Assembly (NCBI GenBank): GCA_903919975.1
Contig: CAIXKE010000010.1
Coordinates: 28,114 to 92,113, forward strand
Source: Akkermansiaceae bacterium
Lineage (GTDB): Bacteria > Verrucomicrobiota > Verrucomicrobiia > Verrucomicrobiales > Akkermansiaceae
Reading direction: 5' to 3'
Length of the DNA: 64,000 nt
The notes beneath the pieces were generated by a model. That model saw only the letters and a program-made list of their open reading frames with translations. It searched no databases and had not been told where the DNA came from. Shown piece by piece: positions 18,620 to 28,705 of this stretch (the stretch's first letter is position 1; each line of letters starts with the position of its first letter). The translations under genes were made by a program, and so were the position numbers.

Positions 18620-19000
18620 ATGAAAACCTGCATTTACACACTCGGTGCGTTGGCGATCGCCGCCTCGCTGTGCTTCGGACAAGACGGACAAGCCCCCAAG
18701 GCTCCCGGCGTTCCGGATGGCTCTGGCAAAAAGCACCCGAAGCCCGAGGCTGTCTTCAAGAAGCTCGATTCCAATGGCGATTCCTCTCTGAGTCTTGACG
18801 AGTTCAAGGCTGGTCCCCGCGGGCAGAAGGATCCGACTAAGGCGGAGGAAATCTTCAAGAAGATAGATTCCGACTCCAACGGCAGCGTGAGCTTGGAAGA
18901 ATTTAAGGCCCATCGCCCTCCAAATCCTCCCGGTAAAGGCAAAGGCAAAGGCAAAGGCAAGGCTGGAGATAGCGCCCCGTCACAAGCGCCGGCCAATTGA
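18620..19000 (+). CDS. Secreted EF-hand calcium-binding protein with C-terminal (GK)n tail
   Basis: Signal peptide MKTCIYTLGALAIAASLCFG. Two canonical EF-hand loops, DSNGDSSLSLDEF and DSDSNGSVSLEEF, followed by GKGKGKGKGK. Confidence 0.75.
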   Translation: MKTCIYTLGALAIAASLCFGQDGQAPKAPGVPDGSGKKHPKPEAVFKKLDSNGDSSLSLDEFKAGPRGQKDPTKAEEIFKKIDSDSNGSVSLEEFKAHRPPNPPGKGKGKGKGKAGDSAPSQAPAN

Positions 19001-19010
19001 TTAATCGGCC

Positions 19011-19271
19011 TCACAGTGAATGCCCCAACCGGTTCGACCGGTTGGGGCGTGTCACAAAAATCACCAGTGGTGATCCGATTTTGTTGGGCTTCCAGTAGTC
19101 GAGTTTCTGGAGCGTGTCCTTGCCATAACTCAGTTCGACTGCGCCGAGATCCCGTGACTCTGTGATGCGCTCACGCAAGCGCCCGACTCGCGGGTCTTGG
19201 GCGATGGCGCAGGCTGTCAGGCAGGTGGATGCCACCAGAAGGACGATCGAATAGAGGTTTGGATTGGTCAT
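19011..19271 (-). pseudogene. N-terminal stub of a secreted alpha/beta-hydrolase (esterase/lipase)
   Basis: Lipoprotein signal (LTAC), then YGKDTLQKLDYWKPNKIGSPLVIFV, the segment that normally precedes the HGGG oxyanion motif. The reading frame instead runs through the 19022-19048 hairpin and stops. Confidence 0.4.
19022..19048. terminator. Strong hairpin between the EF-hand gene end and the esterase stub (no U-tract)
   Basis: GCCCCAACCGGT-TCG-ACCGGTTGGGGC, perfect 12-bp arms. Confidence 0.4.
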
Positions 19272-19520
19272 AACGCGATGAGGTAATTCGCCCTATTAAA
19301 CACCAACCGGACCCTTTTGTTATGAAATTAACTTACGTTAGCTTGCCGGCCGCTCAGAAAATTCAATCGGTGAAGATCAAGAAATAATGAGGCGCGACAC
19401 TCTTGTCGTGGGTGCGGATGGAGAGCCTTTGGGGAAGAGCTTCGCGCTGTTCAAAGACCACACATCCGCTTGCACCACAAGAGTGTGGTGCCTCCTTATT
19501 TGGATTTCAGAATGTTTGCG

Positions 19521-21014
19521 TTACGGCAAATGGGTGACGCCCATGAGGAAGCGGTCGCATTCACGTGCGGCGGCGCGGCCTTCGTTGATGGCCCAGACGA
19601 CGAGAGATTGGCCACGGCGCATGTCGCCGGCGGCGAAGACGCCGGGGAGATTGGTGGTGAATTTCCCGTGTTCGGCTTTCACGTTCGAGCGGGCGTCGGT
19701 TTCGAGGGCGAATTGTTGGACGATGTCTTGTTCCGGACCCATGAAGCCCATGGCGAGCAGGGCGATTTGAGCGGGGATGATGCGGGCGCTGCCTTCTTTT
19801 TCCTTGGGAATGAAGCGGCCTTGGTCGTTGGTCCATTCGATATCGCAGATTTCGAGGCCTGATAGATTGCCGGCCTCATCCTTGATGAAGCGTTTGGTCT
19901 GCACCAAGTATTGGCGGGGATCCTGGCCTTGGACGGCGGCGGCTTCTTCTTGGCCGTAGTCCATCTTGTAAACCTTCGGCCATTCGGGCCATGGGTTGTT
20001 AGGCGCGCGCTCAAGCGGCGGTTGCGGCATGATTTCGAGTTGGACCACGCTATTGCAGCCGTGGCGGAGGCTGGTGCCCACGCAGTCGGTGCCGGTATCA
20101 CCGCCGCCGATGACGACGACGTCTTTGCCGGTGGCATTGAGAGCGGGGTTGCTGCCATCGAAACTATGGTCGAGTTGATAGCGGGTGTTCGAGGTGAGGA
20201 AATCCATAGCGAGATAGACGCCCTTGGCATCGCGGTTTTCGACCGGGAGGTCGCGGCCGAGAGTGGCACCGCAGCAGAGGACGATCGAGTCGAAGTCATT
20301 GCGAAGTTTTTCAGCGGTCCATTCAGCGTCTTTGCCGATGTGGACGCGGGTTTTGAAAACGATGCCTTCCTCGGCAAGCAGATTGACGCGGCGTTGCACG
20401 ACTTGCTCTTTATCGAGTTTCATGTTGGGGATGCCATACATGAGGAGTCCGCCGATGCGGTCTTCGCGTTCGAAAACGGTGACGCTGTGGCCGGCTTGGT
20501 TGAGTTGGTCGGCGCAGGCGAGACCGGCCGGGCCGGAGCCGATGATGGCGACTTTTTTACCGGTGCGGGTGGCGGGGATTTTTGGGACGACCCAACCTTC
20601 TTCCCAGCCTTTATCGATGATGGCGCACTCGTTGTTTTTGATGGTAACGGGTGGCTCGATGATGCCGAGCACGCAGGAACCTTCGCAGGGAGCGGGGCAA
20701 ACGCGACCGGTGAATTCCGGGAAGTTGTTGGTTTTGTGGAGACGTTCGAGGGCTTCCTTCCAGCGACCGCGGAAGATGAGGTCGTTCCATTCGGGAATCA
20801 GATTGTTGACCGGGCAACCGCTGGCCATTCCGGCGACGATGTGGCCGGTGTGGCAGAAGGGCGTGCCGCAGTCCATGCAGCGGGCACCTTGGGCACGGCG
20901 ATCTTTATCATCGCCGTGATTCTTGAATTCCCGCCAGTTTTTGAGGCGTTCGATTGGTGCGGTTTCCGAATCGGTCTTGCGATCGATTTCCATGAATCCT
21001 GTTGGCTTGCCCAT
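19521..21014 (-). CDS. gltD: Glutamate synthase (NADPH) small subunit
   Basis: Cys clusters CMDCGTPFC and CPAPCEGSC, an FAD/NAD Rossmann [14 protein letters not shown], and [18 protein letters not shown]. Confidence 0.95.
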   Translation of the reverse strand: MGKPTGFMEIDRKTDSETAPIERLKNWREFKNHGDDKDRRAQGARCMDCGTPFCHTGHIVAGMASGCPVNNLIPEWNDLIFRGRWKEALERLHKTNNFPEFTGRVCPAPCEGSCVLGIIEPPVTIKNNECAIIDKGWEEGWVVPKIPATRTGKKVAIIGSGPAGLACADQLNQAGHSVTVFEREDRIGGLLMYGIPNMKLDKEQVVQRRVNLLAEEGIVFKTRVHIGKDAEWTAEKLRNDFDSIVLCCGATLGRDLPVENRDAKGVYLAMDFLTSNTRYQLDHSFDGSNPALNATGKDVVVIGGGDTGTDCVGTSLRHGCNSVVQLEIMPQPPLERAPNNPWPEWPKVYKMDYGQEEAAAVQGQDPRQYLVQTKRFIKDEAGNLSGLEICDIEWTNDQGRFIPKEKEGSARIIPAQIALLAMGFMGPEQDIVQQFALETDARSNVKAEHGKFTTNLPGVFAAGDMRRGQSLVVWAINEGRAAARECDRFLMGVTHLP

Positions 21015-21021
21015 ATAATTA

Positions 21022-21034
21022 GAAATTTGAGATT
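21022..21034 (-). repeat. Copy 1 of intercistronic core motif (sense AATCTCAAATTTC) in the gltB-gltD spacer
   Basis: Plus-strand GAAATTTGAGATT. A one-mismatch second copy, GAAATTTGTGATT, lies at 21036-21048. Confidence 0.9.
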
Positions 21035-21060
21035 AGAAATTTGTGATTTGAAATGATCGA

Positions 21061-24000
21061 TCAATTACCGCCGACGCGGGAGAGGTCGTTGATGTTTTGC
21101 TCGAAGGCGGCCATGGCGGCTTCGTCGCCGGAGAGGCCGGATTCTTCGACTTTGCGGAAGCATTCCAGCATGCGTTCGTAGTCGCGGGGGAAGACTTTGG
21201 AGAACTTCGGTAACTCGGCATCCCAATTTTCGAGCAGATATTTGCCGCGGGCGGAATTCGTCAGTTCGACGTGATTTTCGATTTCCGCCTTGAGGATGGC
21301 GATGTCCGAATCCCCGCACTCGACGAGTGGATAGAGATTGACCATTTCCTTGTTGAGGCGTTTTTCAAACATTCCGTCGATATCATAGACGTAGGCGATG
21401 CCGCCGGACATGCCTGCGGCGAAGTTGCGTCCGGTTGCGCCGAGCACGACGACTTGGCCGCCGGTCATGTATTCGCAGCCGTGGTCGCCGACGCCTTCGA
21501 CGACGGTTCTGGCGCCGGAGTTGCGGACGCAGAAGCGTTCGCCGGCGATGCCGTTGATGTAGGCCTCGCCGGAGGTGGCGCCGTAGAAGGCGACGTTTCC
21601 GATGAGGACGTTATCCTCGGCTTTGAAGAGCGATCCGGCGGGCGGATAGATGACGATTTTCGCGCCTGAGAGTCCTTTCCCGACGTAGTCATTGGCATCG
21701 CCTTCCAGCACGAAGGTCATGCCCGGGGGAGTGAATGCGGCGAACGATTGGCCGGCGCTGCCATTGAACTTCAGATAGATCGTGTCTTCCGGGAGGCCCT
21801 TGCCACCATGTTTGCGGGTGACTTCGCTGCCGGTGATGGTGCCGACGACGCGGTTGACGTTGATGATCGGGAGTTCGGCACGGACTTTTTCGCCGCGTTC
21901 GATGGCGGGTTTGCAGAGCGCGAGCAGGTGGGTGTTGTCGAGTGCGAGCTTGAGGCCGTGATCTTGCGCTTTCTGGCAATAGGCACCGACATCATCGCCG
22001 ACATCCGGTTTGTGGAAGATGGTGGTGAGGTCCACGCCTTTGGCTTTCCAGTGATTGGTGGCTTCGGCGGTTTCGAGGCATTCCACGTGACCGACCATTT
22101 CATTGACCGTGCGGAATCCGCATTCGGCCATGATTTCGCGCATTTCCATGGCGATGAAGGTCATGAAATTGACGACATGCTCGGGTTTGCCTTCGAAGTT
22201 TTTGCGGAGGACGGGATCTTGGGTGGCGATGCCGACCGGGCAGGTGTTTTTCTGACAGACGCGCATCATCAGGCAGCCGACGGTGACGAGCGGGGCGGAT
22301 GCGAAACCGTATTCCTCGGCACCGAGCAAGGCGGCGATGGCGACGTCGCGGCCGGTTTTGAGTTGGCCGTCGGTTTCGAGGACCACGCGGCTGCGGAGAT
22401 CGTTGAGCAGGAGGATTTGGTTCGTTTCCGCGAGGCCGAGTTCCCATGGGGCGCCGGCATTGTAGATCGAGGACGATGGGGAGGCGCCGGTGCCGCCATC
22501 ATGACCTGCGATGAGGATGACATCGGCATGAGCCTTGGCCACGCCGGCGGCGATGGTGCCGACGCCGACTTCCGCCACGAGCTTCACATTGATGCGTGCG
22601 CGTGGGTTGGCATTTTTCAAGTCATGAATGAGCTCGGCGAGGTCTTCGATCGAGTAGATGTCATGGTGCGGAGGAGGGGAGACGAGGCCAACGCCGGGGG
22701 TCGAGTAGCGGACCTTGGCGATCCATGGATAGACCTTGGAGCCTGGGAGTTCGCCGCCTTCACCGGGTTTAGCACCTTGTGAAATCTTGATTTGGATTTC
22801 ATCGGCGTTGACGAGGTATTCGCTGGTGACGCCGAAGCGGCCGGAGGCGACCTGTTTGATGGCGGAGCGTTTGCTATCGCCGTTAGGCATCGTGACGTAG
22901 CGTTCCGGATCTTCGCCGCCTTCGCCGGTGTTCGATTTACCGCCGATGCGGTTCATCGCGATGGCGAGGGTTTCGTGAGCTTCTTGAGAGATCGATCCGT
23001 AAGACATGGCGCCGGTTTTGAATCGGCGGGTGATGGCTTCGATCGGCTCGACTTCATCGATGGAGATCGGTTTGCGACTGCTGCGGAAACGCATCAGGCC
23101 ACGCAGGGTCGAGAGGTTCTCGCTCTGCGTGTTGACCTTGGCGGCGTATTGTTTGTAGATCTCATAGCTGCCGGTGCGTGTTGCTTTTTGGAGCAGGTGG
23201 ATGGTTTCCGGGTTGAAGAGGTGGTATTCGCCATCGCTGCGCCATTGATAGAGGCCGCCGGAATCGAGTGCGCGTTCTTCGGTCTCGATGTGGCGGTCCG
23301 GGAATGCGTCGCGGTGGCGGATGAGGGTTTCCTCGGCGATTTTTTCGATGTTGGAGCCTTCGCAACGGCTGGAGGTGCCGCTGAAGAATTTGTTCACCAG
23401 ATCGGTGCTGAGGCCGATGGTCTCGAAGATCTGTGCTCCGCGGTAGGAGGCGACGGTCGAGATGCCCATCTTCGCCATGGTTTTGACGACTCCTTTGATC
23501 GATCCTTTGAGGAAGTTGTAGACCGCCTTGTCGAAATCCATGTCCAGCATCTGATCGTTGATCATTTGATGGATGGAATCGAAAGCCATGTAGGGGTTGA
23601 TGGCGTCCGCGCCATAGCCGATGAGGGTGGAGAAGTGGTGGACTTCGCGTGCCTCGCCGGTTTCCAAGATGATCGAGACCAAGGCGCGTGTGCCGGAGCG
23701 CACGAGGTGGTGATGCAGACCGCCCATGGCGAGCAATGTTGGCATCGCGGCGTTAGCGGCGTCGAGGTTGCGGTCCGAAACGATCAAGAGGTTGAAGCCA
23801 TCGGCGATCGCTTGGTCGGCGGCGGCGCAGAGGGAGTCGAAGGCCTTGTTGAGTCCTTCGCCACCTTGATCGGCGGGGAAGAGTGCATCGAGCGTGGTGG
23901 CTTTGAAACCGGTGAGCGAAACCTCGCGTAGTTGGGCGAGTTGTTTGTTATCGAGCAGCGGGCTGTCGAGGCGGATCATGCGGCAGCTTTGCGGGCCGGG

Positions 24001-25731
24001 ATCGAGGAGATTTCCCTCGGAGCCAAGGAAGGTTTCGGTGGCGGTGACGAGTTCCTCGCGGATGCAATCGAGGGCCGGGTTGGTGACCTGGGCGAAGATC
24101 TGTTTGAAATACTGATAGATCAGCTTCGATTTGTTCGAGAGCACGGCGAGCGGCGTATCGTTGCCCATCGAGGCGATCGGTTGGACGCCGGATGAGGCCG
24201 TGGGTCCGAGCAACATGCGCAGATCTTCATAGGTGTAGCCGAACGCGAGTTGGCGTTCGATGATGCGGGATTCCTCGATTTTTTCGGGGGTTTTGGGTTG
24301 CGGCAGGTCCTTGAGGAACACGCGGTTTTCATCTAGCCATTTTTGATAGGGTTTGGCGGAATAGACGCGTTGTTTGACTTCCTCGTCGGGGACGATGCGG
24401 CCTTCTTTCATGTCCACGAGGAACATACGGCCGGGGCGGAGTCGGCCTTTTTCGATAACGGTTAGAGGGTCGAGATCCGGGATGACGCCGACTTCGGAGG
24501 CCATGATGACGAGGTCATCCTGGGTGACGTAGTAGCGGCTTGGGCGGAGGCCGTTGCGGTCGAGCACGGCGCCGATTTGTTGGCCATCGGAGAAGGTGAT
24601 GGATGCCGGGCCGTCCCAAGGTTCCATCATGCAGGCGTGGAATTCGTAGAAAGCTTTCTTTTCCGCATCCATCATGGTGTGGCGTTCCCAAGGCTCGGGA
24701 ATCATCATCATCATGGCGTGGACGAGGTCATAGCCGCCGAAGTGCATGAATTCGAGGGCGTTGTCAAAGCGAGCGGAGTCCGAGCCATCCTCGTTGATGA
24801 CCGGAAAGATGCGCGAGATGTCTTTGCCGAACTTATCGCTCTGGCAAAGCGCTTGGCGGGCTTTCATGAAATTGGCATTGCCCATGACCGTGTTGATTTC
24901 GCCGTTGTGGGCGATGAAACGGTTTGGATGGGCGCGTGACCAACTCGGGAAGGTATTGGTCGAGAAGCGAGTGTGCATCAGGGCCAGGGCGGACTCGAAG
25001 TCCGGGTCATGAAGATCCGGGAAATACTCGGCGAGTTGACATGGGGTGAGCATGCCTTTGTAGACCATGGTGCGCGCGGAAAGATTGGTGACGTAATGGT
25101 AATCACCACCGGGGAAATTGTTCGACTTGTTGCCGTGGACATCGGCGTATTTCGAGGGCACTTCGTTGTCACGAATCCATGCGGCGACGCGTTTGCGGAT
25201 GATGAAGAGCACGCGCTCGAATTCCATCGGATCGGTGATGCTCGGGTTTTTGCCGATGAACACCTGTTTGATGGAGGGTTCGTAGTGGCCCGAGGTTTTG
25301 CCGAGGATTTCGCTTTTGGTGGGGACGGTGCGCCAACCGATGAATTTTTGGCCTTCCTCGCGGATGACGTGTTCGAAGACCTGCATGGCGGCCTCGCGCT
25401 CGCTGGTATCGGGCGACATGAAGACGAGGCCTGAGCCGTAATCGCCTTCGACGGGCAATTCGATGTCTTTTTTTGCCATTTCCTTGCGCAGGAATTTATC
25501 GGGCATTTGGACGAAAATTCCGGCGCCGTCACCGGTGGCGGGATCGGATCCACTGGCACCGCGGTGATCCATTTGGGCGTTCATCGTGAGAGTTTTCACG
25601 ATGATATCATGGGAGCGTTTGCCTTTGAGGTGGGCAATGAATCCGACGCCGCACGAATCCTTTTCGCGCGAAGGATGCCAAAGGCCCTGAGGTTCGGGCC
25701 AGCCAAGTGGGGATTTCTGAGAAGCGGGCAT
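21061..25731 (-). CDS. gltB: Glutamate synthase large subunit
   Basis: Amidotransferase N-terminus [17 protein letters not shown] plus FMN and GXGXG domains over roughly 1550 aa. ATG at 25731 preferred over the TTG at 25740. Confidence 0.95.
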   Translation of the reverse strand: MPASQKSPLGWPEPQGLWHPSREKDSCGVGFIAHLKGKRSHDIIVKTLTMNAQMDHRGASGSDPATGDGAGIFVQMPDKFLRKEMAKKDIELPVEGDYGSGLVFMSPDTSEREAAMQVFEHVIREEGQKFIGWRTVPTKSEILGKTSGHYEPSIKQVFIGKNPSITDPMEFERVLFIIRKRVAAWIRDNEVPSKYADVHGNKSNNFPGGDYHYVTNLSARTMVYKGMLTPCQLAEYFPDLHDPDFESALALMHTRFSTNTFPSWSRAHPNRFIAHNGEINTVMGNANFMKARQALCQSDKFGKDISRIFPVINEDGSDSARFDNALEFMHFGGYDLVHAMMMMIPEPWERHTMMDAEKKAFYEFHACMMEPWDGPASITFSDGQQIGAVLDRNGLRPSRYYVTQDDLVIMASEVGVIPDLDPLTVIEKGRLRPGRMFLVDMKEGRIVPDEEVKQRVYSAKPYQKWLDENRVFLKDLPQPKTPEKIEESRIIERQLAFGYTYEDLRMLLGPTASSGVQPIASMGNDTPLAVLSNKSKLIYQYFKQIFAQVTNPALDCIREELVTATETFLGSEGNLLDPGPQSCRMIRLDSPLLDNKQLAQLREVSLTGFKATTLDALFPADQGGEGLNKAFDSLCAAADQAIADGFNLLIVSDRNLDAANAAMPTLLAMGGLHHHLVRSGTRALVSIILETGEAREVHHFSTLIGYGADAINPYMAFDSIHQMINDQMLDMDFDKAVYNFLKGSIKGVVKTMAKMGISTVASYRGAQIFETIGLSTDLVNKFFSGTSSRCEGSNIEKIAEETLIRHRDAFPDRHIETEERALDSGGLYQWRSDGEYHLFNPETIHLLQKATRTGSYEIYKQYAAKVNTQSENLSTLRGLMRFRSSRKPISIDEVEPIEAITRRFKTGAMSYGSISQEAHETLAIAMNRIGGKSNTGEGGEDPERYVTMPNGDSKRSAIKQVASGRFGVTSEYLVNADEIQIKISQGAKPGEGGELPGSKVYPWIAKVRYSTPGVGLVSPPPHHDIYSIEDLAELIHDLKNANPRARINVKLVAEVGVGTIAAGVAKAHADVILIAGHDGGTGASPSSSIYNAGAPWELGLAETNQILLLNDLRSRVVLETDGQLKTGRDVAIAALLGAEEYGFASAPLVTVGCLMMRVCQKNTCPVGIATQDPVLRKNFEGKPEHVVNFMTFIAMEMREIMAECGFRTVNEMVGHVECLETAEATNHWKAKGVDLTTIFHKPDVGDDVGAYCQKAQDHGLKLALDNTHLLALCKPAIERGEKVRAELPIINVNRVVGTITGSEVTRKHGGKGLPEDTIYLKFNGSAGQSFAAFTPPGMTFVLEGDANDYVGKGLSGAKIVIYPPAGSLFKAEDNVLIGNVAFYGATSGEAYINGIAGERFCVRNSGARTVVEGVGDHGCEYMTGGQVVVLGATGRNFAAGMSGGIAYVYDIDGMFEKRLNKEMVNLYPLVECGDSDIAILKAEIENHVELTNSARGKYLLENWDAELPKFSKVFPRDYERMLECFRKVEESGLSGDEAAMAAFEQNINDLSRVGGN

Positions 25732-26264
25732 GGGAATCAATTTCTGGAGGATTGGAGTGTGCTGAATGATGTTGAGCTCGGTGAAGAGAGCATGGGCGAA
25801 GATGTTGAGAATCCAAGGGATCCGGCCGCCGGGAGGCTCGCGAAAGTCGGGAAACGCAGGAAACCCATGACGACCGGGCGGGGAATCTGCTTTTCGGCAT
25901 CAACCCTGTCAAGACTCGGAGACCCCATGCGGGTGAATTTGCCGAATTCCGGGCAGGCGGGAAAAAGCGCAATGGTTTCTTTGAGATTCGGTGTCGCCGA
26001 TCGGCGGATTTACGCGGTGAAATAGTATTTACTGAGTAATTTTACGAGGTTTTTTGGAGGGTGGCTTATAACCGTTAGAACACGCAGACAGCCAATGAGT
26101 TATGGATTTTTGGAAGAGTGTATTTTTTATTTGCAAATTTTAAAAGTTCTACGTTGCTTCGTTGTTTGTTTGAGATGTGGAAGGTCTGCCGATTCGGCTC
26201 CTCCTAGGCATGAAGCGTCGAAAACCCCAACCCCATATTAAAAACCACTGAAAAAGCACGTTTC

Positions 26265-27356
26265 ATGCCATCCCCTGTATTGCGAAGCAAGTTCCCCCCA
26301 TTCCTTTTTTCAACAATTCACCGTTTATTCGACTCCGGAAATCCGGAGTTATCCGCCGCAGGTTGGTCGTTGCGCCGATGGTGCCTGATTGCCTTGGTGG
26401 TTCTCGGATTGCCGTTCGCGTTTGCGACATCGGCCATGGCCCAGAGTTCGCCAATCTTGACGTGGAATTCCAATCCGGAATCCGACATTGCCGGATACAT
26501 CGTCCATCTTGGAACGGCGAGTGGTAACTATTCGGTGGTGCAGGATGTTGGAATGCTGACGAGTTACACCTTTTCCGGGCTTTCATCCTCCACGGTTTAT
26601 TATTGTGCGGTTCAGGCTTATAACACTGCTGGAATGACCAGCGGTATTTCCTCTGAGCTCTCGTTTACGCCCCAATCGACCACCGTGGTTCCGTGGTCGT
26701 CTTCGCCAATTTTGTCATGGAGTTCCAACCCTGAATCCGACATTGCCGGCTACATCGTCCATCTTGGGACCGTGAGAGGCAACTATCCGGTGGTTCAGGA
26801 TGTTGGAAAAGTGATGAGTTACGTTTTTTCCGGGCTTTCATCCTCCACGGTTTATTATTGTGCGGTTCAAGCCTACAATGTGGCTGGATTGATGAGCGAT
26901 ATTTCCTCTGAAATCTCATTTTCGCCGCAATCGGCCGTTGCTGTTTTCAACACGTGGGCGTCTTCGAGCGGTTTGAGCGGGGCGACTGCGGCACCGTCAG
27001 CCATGCCATTTCAGGATGGGGTGAAGAATGTTTTGAAATATGCATTCAACATGAATGCTGGTGCTGCGGACACTCGAATCTTGAAGGCGGGAGTTGGCAC
27101 GGTCGGATTGCCGGTATTCAGCATGAATCAAAGCAAATCGCCGCCATCCTTCACGGTTGAGTTTATCAAGCGCAAAGGAAGTGGGCTGGTTTATAGTCCG
27201 AAGAGCTCCACCGATCTTAAGGTGTTCCAGTCGATGAATGAGACGCCGACGGTCACGAGTATCGATGCGACATGGGAGCGGGTTAAAATCGAGAGGCCCA
27301 TCAACAGCGTGACCACTCCGAAGCTCTTCGGCATCGTGGAGGTGACCCTGCCATAA
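26265..27356 (+). CDS. Secreted protein with two tandem fibronectin-type-III-like repeats and an uncharacterised C-terminal domain
   Basis: Signal/TM segment. Two 85-aa repeats (SSPIL.W.SNPESDIAGYIVHLGT..GNY.VVQDVG...SY.FSGLSSSTVYYCAVQAYN.AG) with an FN3-like pattern. The C-terminal roughly 140 aa are unassigned. Confidence 0.65.
   Translation: MPSPVLRSKFPPFLFSTIHRLFDSGNPELSAAGWSLRRWCLIALVVLGLPFAFATSAMAQSSPILTWNSNPESDIAGYIVHLGTASGNYSVVQDVGMLTSYTFSGLSSSTVYYCAVQAYNTAGMTSGISSELSFTPQSTTVVPWSSSPILSWSSNPESDIAGYIVHLGTVRGNYPVVQDVGKVMSYVFSGLSSSTVYYCAVQAYNVAGLMSDISSEISFSPQSAVAVFNTWASSSGLSGATAAPSAMPFQDGVKNVLKYAFNMNAGAADTRILKAGVGTVGLPVFSMNQSKSPPSFTVEFIKRKGSGLVYSPKSSTDLKVFQSMNETPTVTSIDATWERVKIERPINSVTTPKLFGIVEVTLP
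26445..26954 (+). repeat. Tandem 255-bp coding duplication (2 copies, roughly 85% identical by eye)
   Basis: AGTTCGCCAATCTTGACGTGG at 26445 versus TCTTCGCCAATTTTGTCATGG at 26700. Includes an identical stretch, TTTTCCGGGCTTTCATCCTCCACGGTTTATTATTGTGCGGTTCA. Confidence 0.9.
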
Positions 27357-27417
27357 TTCTGGGGGATATGTGGTCTTGCACCGGTCCGGTATCACACTAT
27401 GGTGCCGGACCTTCGCC

Positions 27418-28632
27418 ATGGCTACCATCACTCCATTCGCCGCCCTTCGTCCAGATCCCGCGCTTGCCGCCAATGTTTGTGAGCTTCCCTACGACGTGAT
27501 GTCGTCTGATGAAGCTCGCGTCATGGCTGCTGGGAATCCCCTCAGTTTCCTCCGCGTCAGCAAACCGGAAATCGACCTGCCGGAGGGCATTGGTCTCTAT
27601 TCTGAAGCGGTCTATGCGAAGGGTCGTGAGAATTTTGAAAAACTCATCGCGGATGGGGTATTGCGGCGTGATCCGGCACCGATGTTTCACCTTTACCGGC
27701 AGGTGATGGGTGGCCATAGCCAGATTGGATTGGTCGGGTTGGCGAGTTGCCAAGAGTATTTGGATAACATCGTAAAAAAGCATGAGTTGACTCGTCCCGA
27801 CAAGGAGGATGATCGCGTGCGTCACATCGAAGCGTTGGACGCGCAGACCGGCCCGGTTTTCCTCACTTACCGTGCGGATTCCGCCATTGATGCCTTGGTT
27901 TCTCGGATCACGGCTGGCGCGCCGGAGATCGATTTCACAGCGCCAGACGGGGTGCGTCACAGTTCTTGGCCGGTGGCGGATGCGGCGGACATCGCGTTTT
28001 TGGAAGCGGCATTTGCAGCTATGCCGGCATTGTATATTGCGGACGGCCACCATCGCAGTGCGGCGGCGGGCCGGATCTATCAAAGCCGCAAGGGTGCGGG
28101 TGGTAGCGCAGGCTTCCTGACGGTGATTTTCCCGCACAACCAGATGAATATTCTGGCCTACAACCGTGTGCTCAAGGATCTGCATGGCAAGACCTCGGAG
28201 GAGTTGCTGAGCGCGCTCGGCCAGGTGTTTGAGATCCGCGAAAAAGGTGCACCGGTGCCTTCCGAAAAACATCAACTCGGTTTTTATATGGCGGGCAAAT
28301 GGTATGGGCTGGTCTTCAAACCGGAGCTTACGAGTGCGGGATCGGCGATTGATTTGCTCGATGTCTCGCTGCTGCAAACCACGGTTCTCGCGCCGCTTTT
28401 CGATATCCAAGACCCGAGGACGAGTAAGCGCATCGCATTCGTGGGCGGCATCCGTGGCACGGACGAGCTCGAGAAACTGGTGGATTCCGGCGAATTCGCT
28501 TGTGCGTTTTCCATGTTTCCAACCGGGATCGAAGACCTGATGGAGATAGCCGACGCCGGTGGCATCATGCCGCCCAAGAGCACTTGGTTCGAACCGAAGC
28601 TCAGGGATGCGATGTTCTCGCATCTGCTGTGA
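27418..28632 (+). CDS. DUF1015-family protein
   Basis: MATITPFAALRPDPALAANVCELPYDVMSSDEAR and ALYIADGHHRSAAA match the DUF1015 signature. Start set at ATG 27418. Confidence 0.7.
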   Translation: MATITPFAALRPDPALAANVCELPYDVMSSDEARVMAAGNPLSFLRVSKPEIDLPEGIGLYSEAVYAKGRENFEKLIADGVLRRDPAPMFHLYRQVMGGHSQIGLVGLASCQEYLDNIVKKHELTRPDKEDDRVRHIEALDAQTGPVFLTYRADSAIDALVSRITAGAPEIDFTAPDGVRHSSWPVADAADIAFLEAAFAAMPALYIADGHHRSAAAGRIYQSRKGAGGSAGFLTVIFPHNQMNILAYNRVLKDLHGKTSEELLSALGQVFEIREKGAPVPSEKHQLGFYMAGKWYGLVFKPELTSAGSAIDLLDVSLLQTTVLAPLFDIQDPRTSKRIAFVGGIRGTDELEKLVDSGEFACAFSMFPTGIEDLMEIADAGGIMPPKSTWFEPKLRDAMFSHLL

Positions 28633-28705
28633 GCTGCTGCGTTATTTCGCTGGTCAGGAGGGGGATGAAGTGCTTTGACGGGCGCGCGATAATCCGTTCG
28701 CAACG

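Noticed and set aside
19911-21056. Long antisense or alternate-frame ORFs inside real genes (for example 19911-21056+, 21748-22782+, 22792-23931+, 16560-17807-, 10327-11433-, 27397-28623-, 56872-58026-, 58974-59897-, 49582-50427-)
   Set aside because: These are typical high-GC shadow ORFs, with Arg/Gly/Ala/Asp-rich low-information translations. Each is fully overlapped by a gene with strong family motifs on the other strand or frame.
25741-26264. Glutamine or other riboswitch in the long gltB upstream region
   Set aside because: No recognisable conserved cores. There is only a plausible TTGACA-N17-CAGATT promoter-like sequence on the sense strand and AT-rich DNA. Evidence is insufficient to call a feature.
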